The notes below the pieces were generated by a model, which was given only the letters and a program-made list of their open reading frames with translations, did no database searches and had not been told where the DNA came from. A DNA stretch of 64,000 nt from an uncultured delta proteobacterium (lineage in GTDB: Bacteria; Myxococcota; Myxococcia; Myxococcales; Myxococcaceae). The stretch spans positions 416,001 through 480,000 of the forward strand of contig CAWCKH010000003.1 of NCBI GenBank assembly GCA_963796055.1, given 5' to 3'. This document shows positions 14,901 to 24,555 of the stretch, piece by piece. Within the stretch, counting starts at the first letter, position 1; each line of letters begins with the position of its first letter. A program made the translations under genes and the position numbers.

Positions 14901-15910
14901 GCCCGCGCCCCCGCGCGCGCGTACAGCCCGACCACCTGCTCCGCCACCGCCCGGGTCTCCGGCAGCGCGAGCGAACGCCGCTCGCCTCGGAGCGCGACCC
15001 GCGCCAGGGCCTCCGGGGTGGGCCCGGGGAGCACCGCGTCCACCCAGTTCCGCAGCGCACCCTCGTCCACCCCGACCACGCGCGCCCCCACCGCACGCCC
15101 CTGCACCACCGGACGCCCGGCCCAGTCGTTGCCCAACCCCAGCACCCACAGCTCGTCGAAGGCCTGCATCCAGTGCACCAGCGACGCGCCGCTCTGGTAC
15201 CCGGTGAAGCGCATGTGCGAGGACAGCCCCAGCGCGTGCGCCTGCGCCCGGAGCGTCGGCCCGAGCTGCCCGTCGCCCACCAGCACCAGCATCGCCCCGG
15301 GCTCGCGCACGTGCAGCCGGGTGAAGGCGGCGAGCGCGACGTCGTGCCGGCGTGACGCCTGGAAGGTGGACACCATGCCGATGACCGGAGCGGTGAGGCC
15401 CAGCGAGGCCTGAAGCGCGGTGCGGTCCCGGGCGGGCCGGAACGCGGGACCGAGCAGCGGGGGCAACACCATCCACGGGCGCCGGAGCCCCACCCCCAGC
15501 TCGGCCGTGGGCACGGTGAAGGCCGCGGCGGGGGGACGGAGCGCCCGGCGCGACCGCGCGGCGTGGAAGGAACGCACCCGGATGCCCCGGTGCCCGGACA
15601 GCGCCGCCACCCAGTGGTCATGGCTGAAATGGGTGTGGACCACGTCGACCTCCAGCGTCCTCAGCCGGCGTGCATCTCGCCACACTCCGGCCGCGCCGTC
15701 TCGGGTGCTGAGCCGGAGCCCCCCGCCGTCCAGGAGCCCCAGCCGCTCGAGGTACGGCGCGGCCGGCTCCTCCGAGCCCGTCCCGGCGCGGGTGGAGTCG
15801 ATGGCCACCGAGACGGTGTGTCCGAGCGCCCGCTGCGCCTCCGCGAGCAGCGCCACCGGCTCGGCCGGCCCGCTCCAGACCGGGCTGGAGAGCAGATGGA
15901 GGATCCTCAC
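14897..15910 (-). CDS. Glycosyltransferase family 4 (LPS core)
   Basis: 3' part of ORF 14897..16603, starting VRILHLLSSPVWSGPAEP, with DVVHTHFSHDH and LVLVGDGQL. The GTG start overlaps the upstream stop. Confidence 0.82.
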   Translation of the reverse strand: MRILHLLSSPVWSGPAEPVALLAEAQRALGHTVSVAIDSTRAGTGSEEPAAPYLERLGLLDGGGLRLSTRDGAAGVWRDARRLRTLEVDVVHTHFSHDHWVAALSGHRGIRVRSFHAARSRRALRPPAAAFTVPTAELGVGLRRPWMVLPPLLGPAFRPARDRTALQASLGLTAPVIGMVSTFQASRRHDVALAAFTRLHVREPGAMLVLVGDGQLGPTLRAQAHALGLSSHMRFTGYQSGASLVHWMQAFDELWVLGLGNDWAGRPVVQGRAVGARVVGVDEGALRNWVDAVLPGPTPEALARVALRGERRSLALPETRAVAEQVVGLYARAGARA

Positions 15911-16884
15911 CGGAGCCGCTCCACCCGCGCGTACACCCCCCGGAGAGCCTCCACCTCGACGCCCAGCGTCCACCGGGCGCGGATCTCCGTCACCGCCGCG
16001 CGCCCCACGGCCTCCGCCCGGGAGGGGTCGGCGAGCAGTGGCTCGAGCAGGTCCCCCAGGGCGGTGACGTCTCCCGCCGGGTAGAGGAACCCGGTCACCC
16101 CGTGCTCCACCAGCTCGGGGTAGTGGGGCAGCGCCGCCGCCACCACGCAGCAGCCACTGGCCATCGCCTCGAGCAGCACCAGCGAGAAGCTCTCCTGTCG
16201 CGATGGCTGGACCAGCACCGTCAGCCCTCGGTAGAGCGCGGTGGTGTCGTCGAGCTCTCCCAGCTGCTCGAGCCCGGCCAGGCGATCGGCGAACCCCCGC
16301 CAGCGCCGGGTCACCAGCCCGACCAGCACCGCCCGCCAGCCGGGAAACATCCGGCCCAGCACACCCCAGGCCGCCGCGAGGTCCTGCTGCCCCTTCGAGG
16401 GACGGATCCGCCCCACCGCGCCGAGGCCTCGCGCGCCTCCCACCCCCAGCGCGCGCCAGGCCTCCGCCCGGTCGCTGGGAGGCGAGAAGCGCTCCACGTC
16501 CACGCCGTGCGAGACCACCTCGGCGGCAAGCCCCAGCTCGCGGAGCGCCACCCGGGTCAGCACCAGGCGCGCATCGGCCCGCCGCGCCAGGAACCGCGTC
16601 CACGCCGACGGCCGACCCGCCGAATGCCGGGTGAAGACCACCCGGACCGAGCGCGCCATCGCCCGGAGCAGCAGCGCCGCCAGGAGCTCGAGGTTGCGAT
16701 GGGCGTGCACCACCAGCGGGCCAGCCCGTGCCCGCGCCCGGAGCTCGCGCCAGGGGAGCCGCCGCACGCCGGAGAGCGGACCCCAGCCCGTGACCTCCGC
16801 GGGCAACAGCCGGGCCACGTCCTCCACGTGGCGGGTCACCCCGGTGCGCCGTCCGTGGAAGTGGAGGTGCACCACCGGGATCAT
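15907..16884 (-). CDS. Glycosyltransferase family 4 (LpcC-like LPS core transferase)
   Basis: MIPVVHLHFHGRRTGVTRHV, HAHRNLE, VGRIRPSKG and QESFSLVLLEAMASG (EX7E motif). Confidence 0.88.
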   Translation of the reverse strand: MIPVVHLHFHGRRTGVTRHVEDVARLLPAEVTGWGPLSGVRRLPWRELRARARAGPLVVHAHRNLELLAALLLRAMARSVRVVFTRHSAGRPSAWTRFLARRADARLVLTRVALRELGLAAEVVSHGVDVERFSPPSDRAEAWRALGVGGARGLGAVGRIRPSKGQQDLAAAWGVLGRMFPGWRAVLVGLVTRRWRGFADRLAGLEQLGELDDTTALYRGLTVLVQPSRQESFSLVLLEAMASGCCVVAAALPHYPELVEHGVTGFLYPAGDVTALGDLLEPLLADPSRAEAVGRAAVTEIRARWTLGVEVEALRGVYARVERLR

Positions 16885-18188
16885 CCCACCGACCCCGTCC
16901 GTCGCGGAGTCGAGCGGGTTCCGGCGCCCAGCAGCAGCCGGGCCACCAGGTCCACGTTGCGCTGGCTCGCCCCGGACACCTGCCGCACCGACTGCGCGGC
17001 CAGGGCCCCGAGGTTGGCGAGGACGTCCGGACGGCCCAGCAGCTCCGAGAGCACCCGATGGAGCTGCTCGGCGTCGGCCACCTGGAGGCCTCCCCGACCG
17101 AGCAGCACCTGGACGCTGTCGCGGAAGTTCTCCATCCGGGGGCCGAAGAGGACCGGGCGGCCCTGCGCGGCGGGCTCGAGGATGTTCTGGCCGCCGCGGG
17201 CGGTGAAGCTCCCGCCGACGAACACCACCGTGGCCAGGCGGTAGGCCCGGGCGAGCTCGCCGATGGTGTCGAGGACCATCACCGGCGACCCCGAGGGCCC
17301 TCCCGTCCGCCGGCCGGCCTCCACGCCGCGAGCCTGGGCCAGCGACTGCACCCGCGCGGCCCGGTCCACGTAGCGCGGCGCCAGCACCAGCCGGAGCCCC
17401 GGGTGCGACTGCCGCAGCCGCTCCCACACCGAGAGGAGAATCTCCTCCTCGCCCTCGTGGGTGCTCCCCCCCATCAGCACCAGCGCCTCCGGCGGCAACC
17501 CGAGCGCGGTCCGGAGCGCGTCGTCCTCCGGCGAGGGGGCTGGCACCGCCAGCCCATCGAACTTGGTGTTCCCCGTCACCCACACCCGGTCCAGCGGCGC
17601 CCCGAGCGACAGCGCGCGCTCGGCCTCCTCGTCCTCGCGCATGAGCAACAGGTCCAGCTCGGCGAGGGGATTTCCGAAGACGGCGAAGAGCGTCCGGTAG
17701 CCCCGGAGCCGCTCCGGCGAGAACCGGCCGTTGGTGAGCACCACCCGCGTGCCGGCGACGTGCGCGGCGTGAATGAGGTTCGGCCAGATCTCCGCATACT
17801 CGAGCACCAGGAGGTCCGGCCTGAGCGCCCGCACCGCCCGCCGGGTGCTCCCCGCCAGGTCCCAGGGCGCGTACAGCACCGCGTCCACCTGCGAACGCAG
17901 CCGCTGCTCGGCCATCGCCCGCCCGGTGTCGGTCATGGTGGTGAGCACGATGCGCGCGTCGGGGAAGCGCTCGCGGAACCGGCCGATCATCGGCGCCAGG
18001 GCCTGGAGATCACCCGCGCTCGCGCCGTGGAGCCACACCCGCGGCCACCCTCCTGCGAGGAGGCTCTCGGGGCGGTAGAAGCCGAACCGCTCCAGGAGGC
18101 CTGCCCGCGTCTTCCGCGCAACCAGGAGCACCGGCGCGAGGAGCAGGAAGAGGAGCGTGCTGAGCAGCACGTACAGCGCCCGCCTCAC
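16881..18188 (-). CDS. waaA: 3-deoxy-D-manno-octulosonic acid (Kdo) transferase
   Basis: N-terminal TM segment, then VWLHGASAGD, EIWPNL, TGNTKFD, GSTHEGEE and FVGGSF..RGGQNILEPA. Confidence 0.95.
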   Translation of the reverse strand: MRRALYVLLSTLLFLLLAPVLLVARKTRAGLLERFGFYRPESLLAGGWPRVWLHGASAGDLQALAPMIGRFRERFPDARIVLTTMTDTGRAMAEQRLRSQVDAVLYAPWDLAGSTRRAVRALRPDLLVLEYAEIWPNLIHAAHVAGTRVVLTNGRFSPERLRGYRTLFAVFGNPLAELDLLLMREDEEAERALSLGAPLDRVWVTGNTKFDGLAVPAPSPEDDALRTALGLPPEALVLMGGSTHEGEEEILLSVWERLRQSHPGLRLVLAPRYVDRAARVQSLAQARGVEAGRRTGGPSGSPVMVLDTIGELARAYRLATVVFVGGSFTARGGQNILEPAAQGRPVLFGPRMENFRDSVQVLLGRGGLQVADAEQLHRVLSELLGRPDVLANLGALAAQSVRQVSGASQRNVDLVARLLLGAGTRSTPRRTGSVG

Positions 18189-19321
18189 GGCCCAGCCTCC
18201 ACCTTCACCGGCTGGGCCACGAGCCAGGGCCAGGACACGTCGCCCAGCCCGAGCCCCGGCGTCTGCACCCGGACCTCCACCAGCACCTGCCCGGGTCCCT
18301 CCAGGCGGAGGCGCGAGGCATCCACCATGCGCCCCGGGCCGTGCACCCGGATCTGCACGCCGGACGGATGTACCGCCGGGAGCCGCACCTCGAGCACTTC
18401 GCCCACCCGGAACGTCCGCCGGTCCGCCGGCAGGACCGCGAACCCGGCCGCCGCGGCCAGCGCGTCCACGGCGCAGTAGAAGCGGCCGGCCCGGAGCTCC
18501 TGCACCACCGCCTGCGCACCCTCGGCCGGCGCCACCGGCAAGGAGGTGATGCCGGTGAGGTGCACCGACATCCAGCGGAAGGCCGCGCCGTAGCTCGGGT
18601 AGCCGTGCGCGTCCGGGCCACAAAAGGCGAGCTTGGGCTCCGCCCCGTCGAGGGCGAGCAGCCAGTCCTCCACCGGCGAGGCCTCGGCCAGCGCGTAGAC
18701 CATCGCGCGCTCGGGGCTCACCAGGGCGGTGCCCAGCGCCGGCAGCAGACGGGTCAGGGGCCGCTGGCGGAGCGCGCCCCAGGCCGAGTCGCCGCTCCAT
18801 ACCTCGGCGCCGCTCGCGCTCCGGGCCTGCGCCAGGTCCGTCCATGCCCGCTGGGGGTGCAGCGGATGGGCCACCACCGCGATGCCGCCCAGCTCGAGCA
18901 CGGCGCGGACCGGGGCCGAGACCTTCTCCGCGTCGGTCAGCGCCCGCCGGCTCCCCACGTCCGCCAGGTGACCGAACGGGGTGCTCGACTCCTCGCCCGG
19001 GACGAGCAGCACGCCTTCCTCGCGCGCCGGGGTGGGCAGCTCCCTGGGGTTGTGGTCGGTCAGCACCACGAAGTCGAGGCCGGCCGAGCGCGCCGCCAGG
19101 GCGACATCGCTGGGGCTTCTGCGGCCGTCGCTGCGGGTGGTGTGCACGTGCCATGCGCCCCGCAGCTCGCGCGTCGCCGGCGGTGGAGTCAGCGGGAGCG
19201 GACGCACCGCGGCCAGCAGCGCGAACCACCCCAGGGTGAGGACCAGGAGCCCCAGCGCCCAGCTCAGCACCCGGACCCATCCCGGCGTCTTCCTCCGGCG
19301 CCGGATGGGCCGGAGCACCAT
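18185..19321 (-). CDS. Membrane-anchored PHP-domain metallophosphoesterase
   Basis: N-terminal TM segment and the PHP metal ligands GAWHVHTTRSDG, VLTDHN, GEE..GHL, AHP and GPDAHG. Alternative start GTG 19336. Confidence 0.8.
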   Translation of the reverse strand: MVLRPIRRRRKTPGWVRVLSWALGLLVLTLGWFALLAAVRPLPLTPPPATRELRGAWHVHTTRSDGRRSPSDVALAARSAGLDFVVLTDHNPRELPTPAREEGVLLVPGEESSTPFGHLADVGSRRALTDAEKVSAPVRAVLELGGIAVVAHPLHPQRAWTDLAQARSASGAEVWSGDSAWGALRQRPLTRLLPALGTALVSPERAMVYALAEASPVEDWLLALDGAEPKLAFCGPDAHGYPSYGAAFRWMSVHLTGITSLPVAPAEGAQAVVQELRAGRFYCAVDALAAAAGFAVLPADRRTFRVGEVLEVRLPAVHPSGVQIRVHGPGRMVDASRLRLEGPGQVLVEVRVQTPGLGLGDVSWPWLVAQPVKVEAGP

Positions 19322-19332
19322 GCTGGGACGTC

Positions 19333-21183
19333 TCACCGGGTCGTCCCCGTCGCCGCCGGTGGTGGGTGCTGCAGCGCCCAGGCCTCCGCATACCACCCGT
19401 GGTGGACGAGCAGCGCCTCGTGCGTCCCCTCCTCCACCACCCGGCCCGCGACCAGGACGTGGATCCGGTCCGCCCGGGAAATGGTCTCCAGGCGGTGGGC
19501 GATGACCAGCGCCGTCCGGCCCGGAAGGACCGCCTCCAGCGCCGCCTGCACCTCGCGCTCGCTCTCGGGGTCGAGGTTGCTGGTGGCCTCGTCGAGGACC
19601 AGCAGCCGTGGGTCGCGCAGCACCGCCCGGGCGAGCGCCAGCCGCTGCCGCTGTCCACCGCTGAGCCTCGCCCCGCGTTCGCCCAGCGGCGTGTCCCACT
19701 GCCGCGGCAGGGCCATCACGAACTCTTCGGCCCGGGCCGCCCGGAGCGCCGAGCGCAGCTCGCCACCGGTCGCCTCCGGCCGCACGGCGAGCAGGTTCTC
19801 ACGCACCGTTCCCGAGAACAGCAGCGGCTCCTGGGTGACCAGCGCCATCTGCGCGCGGAGCGAGGCCACGGTGCAGGCCTCCACGTCCACCCCGTCCCAG
19901 CGGATGCGCCCGGCGTCCGGCCGGAGGAACCGGAGCAGCAGCGCGGCCACTGTGCTCTTGCCGCCGCCGCTCGGGCCGACCAGCGCCGTCACCTTTCCCA
20001 CCGGGATCTCCAGCTCCAGCCGCGAGAGCGCCGACCGATCTCCATACGACAGGCTCACCATGTCGAATTGCACCGCCCGGGCGAGCCGCGGGGCCGCCTT
20101 CGCCTTCGGCGCGTCGGTCACCAGCGGCGGGGTCTCCAGCACCTCGAGGAGCCGCTCGGCTGCCGCCGCGCCCTGGGTGGCGAACTGCGACGCACGCCCC
20201 AGCTCCTTTGCCGGCTGGTAGAGGAGGATGAGCGCGGCGAGGAACGAGAGCAGCCGCTCCGGCGCGACCTCCATGCTTCCCGCCGCCCACACCAGCACCC
20301 CGGCCACCGCGAGCGCCGCCAGCACCTCGGTCAGAGCGGGGACCGCGGCGCGAGCCCAGGCGGCACGGGCCAGGGTAGCGGCGTGCGCCTCGGCCCGGGC
20401 CGAGAACCGCGCCGCCTCGGCCCCCTCCACCCCGTAGGCCTGGACGGTCCGCACCGCCCCCAGCGCCTCCCGCAGCTGACCCGCCATCCCGCCGAGGCGG
20501 ACCTGTCCCTCCCGTGTCCGGCGGAGCACCGACCGCGTGAGCCGCGCCACGGGCAGGCCGGCCACCGGAACCACCGCCAGCGCCACCAGGGCCAGCCGCC
20601 AGTCGAGCGCCACCGCCACGGCGGCCAGGACGGCGATCTGCAGCCCGTCGCGGATCCACGAGCCCACCGCGTAGATGGCAGCCGTCTCCACCGCGTTCAC
20701 GTCGGCCGAGAAGCGCGAGAGGAGGTCCCCGCTCATCCGCCCCGCCAGCTGCACCGGCGACTGCCGCAGCAGCGCATCGAGCAGCGCCCTCCGGAGCCAG
20801 GCCACGGTGCGCTGTCCGAACTGACCGGTCCAGGTGAACTGCGCGGCGTACGCCAGCCCCTTCACCAGCGCCACGGCGATGAGCAGCAGAGGGAGCGAGA
20901 GCAGCAGCCGATCCCGGCCCGCGGCCTCGAGCGCCGGTGCCCAGCCCGCCACCCGGCCCAGCGCCGAGGCGCCGCCGGTCAGCAGAAAACGGAGGGCCGG
21001 ACCAACCAGGAAGGCATACAGGCCGGTGGCCAGCGCGAGCACGGCCATCGCCAGGGTCGCCAGCAGCAGCCGCCCCAGGTGCGGACGCGCGTACGGCACC
21101 AGCCGCCACAGCGCGCGCCACCCCGAACGGCGGCCGAGGGTGTTGTCCGGAGCGGTGGTCACCAGGGACCCGAGGTGTACCAT
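19333..21183 (-). CDS. msbA: MsbA-like ABC exporter (TM + NBD), probable lipid A flippase
   Basis: Multi-TM domain, GPSGGGKST, LSGGQRQRLALARA and LDEATSNLD. Sits among lpxK, waaA and lpxB. Start uncertain (21183 or 21162). Confidence 0.82.
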   Translation of the reverse strand: MVHLGSLVTTAPDNTLGRRSGWRALWRLVPYARPHLGRLLLATLAMAVLALATGLYAFLVGPALRFLLTGGASALGRVAGWAPALEAAGRDRLLLSLPLLLIAVALVKGLAYAAQFTWTGQFGQRTVAWLRRALLDALLRQSPVQLAGRMSGDLLSRFSADVNAVETAAIYAVGSWIRDGLQIAVLAAVAVALDWRLALVALAVVPVAGLPVARLTRSVLRRTREGQVRLGGMAGQLREALGAVRTVQAYGVEGAEAARFSARAEAHAATLARAAWARAAVPALTEVLAALAVAGVLVWAAGSMEVAPERLLSFLAALILLYQPAKELGRASQFATQGAAAAERLLEVLETPPLVTDAPKAKAAPRLARAVQFDMVSLSYGDRSALSRLELEIPVGKVTALVGPSGGGKSTVAALLLRFLRPDAGRIRWDGVDVEACTVASLRAQMALVTQEPLLFSGTVRENLLAVRPEATGGELRSALRAARAEEFVMALPRQWDTPLGERGARLSGGQRQRLALARAVLRDPRLLVLDEATSNLDPESEREVQAALEAVLPGRTALVIAHRLETISRADRIHVLVAGRVVEEGTHEALLVHHGWYAEAWALQHPPPAATGTTR

Positions 21184-21200
21184 CCCGGCTTCGAGCGTCC

Positions 21201-22370
21201 ATGGCCAACGGCGAGCTGATGGTGGTGGCAGGCGAAGCCTCGGGCGATCTTCACGCGGCGGACGTCCTGGCCGAGCTCCGGCGCCGGCGGCCCGACCTCC
21301 GTGCCTTCGGCATGGGGGGCCCACGTCTGGAAGCTGCCGGGCTGGAGCGGCTGTTCGACGCACGAGAAATTTCCGTGATGGGCATCGCCGAGGTGCTGCC
21401 ACGGTTGCCGCGCATCTGGCGGGTGTTCCGCGCGCTGGCGCGGGCCGCCCGGGAGCGACGGCCGACGGCTGCCCTCCTGGTGGACGTGCCGGACTTCAAC
21501 CTGCGGCTCGCGCGGAAGCTTCGGGGACTCGGCATCCGGGTGGTGTTCTACGTGAGTCCCACGGTCTGGGCGTGGCGGCGCGGCCGGGTCCGGCAGATCG
21601 CCCGGGACGTCGACCGGATGCTCTGCATCCTGCCCTTCGAGGAGGAGTTCTACCGGGCCCACGGAGTGCGCGCGCGGTACGTGGGCAACCCGGTGGTGGA
21701 GCAGGTTCCCCCACCCGGCCCGCCCGAGTCGTTTCGCCGCGCGCTGGGGCTCGACGCCGCCCGGCCCACCCTGGCGCTGCTCCCGGGGAGCCGCCCGAGC
21801 GAGCTCTCCCGGTTGCTCCCGCCGCTGGTGGAGAGCGCGGCGCTGCTCCAGCGCGAGCGTCCCGAGCTGCAGATCGTCGTGCCGGTCGCGCCGGGGCTGG
21901 ACCGGGCTCGGCTGGAGCAGGCCTTCTCTGCCCGCGGACTTCGCCCCACGCTCGTCGCCGGGCGGGCCCCGGAGGTGGTGGGCGCCTCGGACGTCGCGGT
22001 GGTCGCCTCGGGGACCGCCACCCTGGAGACCGCGCTGATGCTGCGCCCGATGGTGGTGGTCTACCGGATGTCGGCGCTCAGCTGGGCCATCGGCAAGCTC
22101 ATGGTGAAGGTGGCTTTCGTCTCGCTGGTCAATCTCCTGTCCGGGCGACGGCTGGTCCCCGAGCTGCTCCAGGGGGAGCTCCGCCCCGAGGCGGTGGCCG
22201 ACGAGGTCCGCCGGCTCTGGGCTCCGGGAAGCGCGCGCGACGCCCAGCTGGAGGGTCTCGCGGCGCTCCGGACCCGGCTGGGTGACGGCCCCACCGCCTC
22301 GCGCGTGGCCGACGAAGTGCTGGAGGTCCTCGACGCGCGTGGTAAGGAGCCGGCCGCCCTCGCCCGATGA
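21201..22370 (+). CDS. lpxB: Lipid-A-disaccharide synthase
   Basis: VAGEASGDLH, DVPDFN, YVSPTVWAWR, ILPFE, LLPGSR and SGTATLE motifs. Confidence 0.97.
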   Translation: MANGELMVVAGEASGDLHAADVLAELRRRRPDLRAFGMGGPRLEAAGLERLFDAREISVMGIAEVLPRLPRIWRVFRALARAARERRPTAALLVDVPDFNLRLARKLRGLGIRVVFYVSPTVWAWRRGRVRQIARDVDRMLCILPFEEEFYRAHGVRARYVGNPVVEQVPPPGPPESFRRALGLDAARPTLALLPGSRPSELSRLLPPLVESAALLQRERPELQIVVPVAPGLDRARLEQAFSARGLRPTLVAGRAPEVVGASDVAVVASGTATLETALMLRPMVVVYRMSALSWAIGKLMVKVAFVSLVNLLSGRRLVPELLQGELRPEAVADEVRRLWAPGSARDAQLEGLAALRTRLGDGPTASRVADEVLEVLDARGKEPAALAR

Positions 22371-23062
22371 ACCCCGCCCTGGTCTGCATCCCCACCTACA
22401 ACGAGCGCGAGAACATCGACTCCATCGTCCGCGCGGTGCTCGCCGCCGACCCGCGGGTGGACGTCCTGGTGGTCGACGACGCGAGCCCGGACGGAACCGG
22501 CGCGCTGGCGGATGCGCTGTCCCGGGAGTCGCCGCGGGTGCACGTGCTCCACCGTTCCGGCAAGGAGGGGCTGGGGAAGGCGTACCTCGCGGCGTTCGAC
22601 TGGGCGCTCCAGCGCGGCTACGGCTGGGTCCTCGAGATGGACGCCGACTGGAGCCACGACCCGCGGTACCTGCCGACGCTGCTCGACCGCGCCTCCACCG
22701 ACGCCGATCTGGCGCTGGGCAGCCGCTGGGTAGAGGGGGGGGGCACCCGGAACTGGGGCATCGGCCGGCAGCTCATCAGCCGCGGTGGCTCGCTCTACGC
22801 CCGCACCATCCTCGGCCTCGGCATCCGCGACCTGACCGGGGGCTTCAAGTGCTTCCGGGCCGAGGTGCTCCGGGCCATCGAGCTGCCCACCGTCACCAGC
22901 ACCGGGTACGGGTTCCAGATCGAGCTCACCTACCGGGCCATCAAGCGCGGGTTCCGCGTGGTCGAGGTACCGATCGTGTTCGAGGACCGGCGGGTCGGGC
23001 AGTCCAAGATGTCCAAGGCCATCGTCCTCGAGGCGCTTTCCATGGTGTGGAAGATCCGGTGA
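22367..23062 (+). CDS. Polyprenol-monophosphomannose synthase-like GT2 glycosyltransferase
   Basis: IPTYNEREN, VDDASPDGTG, EMDADWSHDP, DLTGGFKCFR and GYGFQIE motifs. Confidence 0.92.
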   Translation: MNPALVCIPTYNERENIDSIVRAVLAADPRVDVLVVDDASPDGTGALADALSRESPRVHVLHRSGKEGLGKAYLAAFDWALQRGYGWVLEMDADWSHDPRYLPTLLDRASTDADLALGSRWVEGGGTRNWGIGRQLISRGGSLYARTILGLGIRDLTGGFKCFRAEVLRAIELPTVTSTGYGFQIELTYRAIKRGFRVVEVPIVFEDRRVGQSKMSKAIVLEALSMVWKIR

Positions 23063-23703
23063 GCGACGCCGTCTCCTCCGCGCTGGTCGCCTTCTCGGCG
23101 GTCTTCTTCGTGGTCGACCCGATCGGTGTGGTGCCGATCTTCATCGCCATGACCCAGGGCGACCCGCCGGAGGAGCTCCGCGACACTGCCCGGCGCGCCT
23201 CGCTGGTCGCCGCGGGGCTCCTGGTGTTCTTCGCGCTCTGCGGCACCTTCCTCTTCAAGGTGGTGGGGGTGAGCCTCAGCGCCTTCCGGGTGGCGGGGGG
23301 CATCGTGCTCCTGATCACCGCTCTGGACATGCTCCGTGCCCGTCAGTCCGAGACCCGCACCTCCCCCGAGGAGGCGCAGGAGGCCACCAGCAAGGAGGAC
23401 ATCGCGATCGTACCGCTGGCCATTCCGCTCCTGGCCGGCCCGGGCGCCATCGCCACGGTGATGGTCCTGATGTCGCGGGCCTCGGGCGTGGTCTCGGTGG
23501 TGGCGGTGATCCTGAGCGTCCTGGTGACCATGGCCGCGGCCTACTTCCTGCTGCGCGGCGCGTCCCTGGTGCAACGGGTGCTGGGGCAGTCGGGGGTGGC
23601 GATCATCCAGCGGGTGATGGGGCTGCTCCTCGCCGCCATCGCGGTGCAGTTCATCGCCGAGGGCGGTCGCGAGCTGGTGGGCCTGCCCCCGCTCCAGGGC
23701 TAG
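23059..23703 (+). CDS. MarC family integral membrane protein
   Basis: VVDPIGVVPIF, AFRVAGGIVL, IAIVPLAIPLLAGPGAIATV and RVMGLLLAAIAVQF motifs. Confidence 0.93.
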   Translation: MSDAVSSALVAFSAVFFVVDPIGVVPIFIAMTQGDPPEELRDTARRASLVAAGLLVFFALCGTFLFKVVGVSLSAFRVAGGIVLLITALDMLRARQSETRTSPEEAQEATSKEDIAIVPLAIPLLAGPGAIATVMVLMSRASGVVSVVAVILSVLVTMAAAYFLLRGASLVQRVLGQSGVAIIQRVMGLLLAAIAVQFIAEGGRELVGLPPLQG

Positions 23704-23723
23704 CCCGCCCGGGGAGCGTCACG

Positions 23724-24551
23724 TCAATGCGAGACGGGCGGCGGGCCCGTACGGGCGAGCAGCGTGATCCCGCTCTCCGTCGCGAGCGAGAGCAGCCGGT
23801 CCCCTTCCAGCAGCAGCGTCTTTCCGGCCTCGACAGCCAGGACCCGTCCGCCGACCGACACGAGCACCTCCAGCGTTCCAGGTCCGACCGCCGGCAGGTC
23901 GAAGCGCTCGTCCTGCCCGGGCTTGCTCCGCTTGACCACCACCACACCCGGGCCACCGAGCTCGGCGCCGCGGCGGATGCAGGCGTCGGTCCCCTCCACC
24001 GCCTCCAACGCCAGCACGTGCCCGTTCTTCACCACCACCGTCTGCCCCACGTCAGCCTGGCCGAGGAGCGTCGCCACCTCCTCGCCGAGCGCCACGTCCC
24101 GCTCCTGCGCGGCATCGAGCGGCGGGCCGGCGAGATGTCCCTCGGGGGCGAGAATCTCCCGGAGCAGCTCCGTGGGTGCCACGATGCGGATCCCCGCGGA
24201 CTCGAACTCGTCCGCAGCGGCGCGCAGGAGCGCGTCGTCCCGGAAGCTCCGCAACCGCGAGGCGATCCGGAAGAGCCCGAGGTCCGGCCGCATCTGTTGC
24301 ACCGCACGCATCCGCGAGAAGCCGCCCGCCAGCACCGCCTCGGTGACGCCCTGGTCCCGGAGCAGCCGCTCGATGCGCGCCACCTGCCCCACCTTGACCC
24401 ACTCGAGCGAATCGACCTCCGAAGCCAGCTCCGGGTCGGTCTCGCCCACGTGGCCCACCGCGATCACCGAGAGGCCGCGGCCGCGGGCTGCCCGGGCGAA
24501 GAGCCGGGGAAGCGCGCCGTTCCCGGCGATGAGGCCGATGCGTCCGGCCAC
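23724..24551 (-). CDS. lpxI: UDP-2,3-diacylglucosamine diphosphatase LpxI
   Basis: IGLIAGNGALP, DVGQTVVV, ALEAVEGTD and KPGQDERFDLPAVG motifs; follows lpxA. Confidence 0.95.
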   Translation of the reverse strand: MAGRIGLIAGNGALPRLFARAARGRGLSVIAVGHVGETDPELASEVDSLEWVKVGQVARIERLLRDQGVTEAVLAGGFSRMRAVQQMRPDLGLFRIASRLRSFRDDALLRAAADEFESAGIRIVAPTELLREILAPEGHLAGPPLDAAQERDVALGEEVATLLGQADVGQTVVVKNGHVLALEAVEGTDACIRRGAELGGPGVVVVKRSKPGQDERFDLPAVGPGTLEVLVSVGGRVLAVEAGKTLLLEGDRLLSLATESGITLLARTGPPPVSH

Positions 24552-24555
24552 GGCC

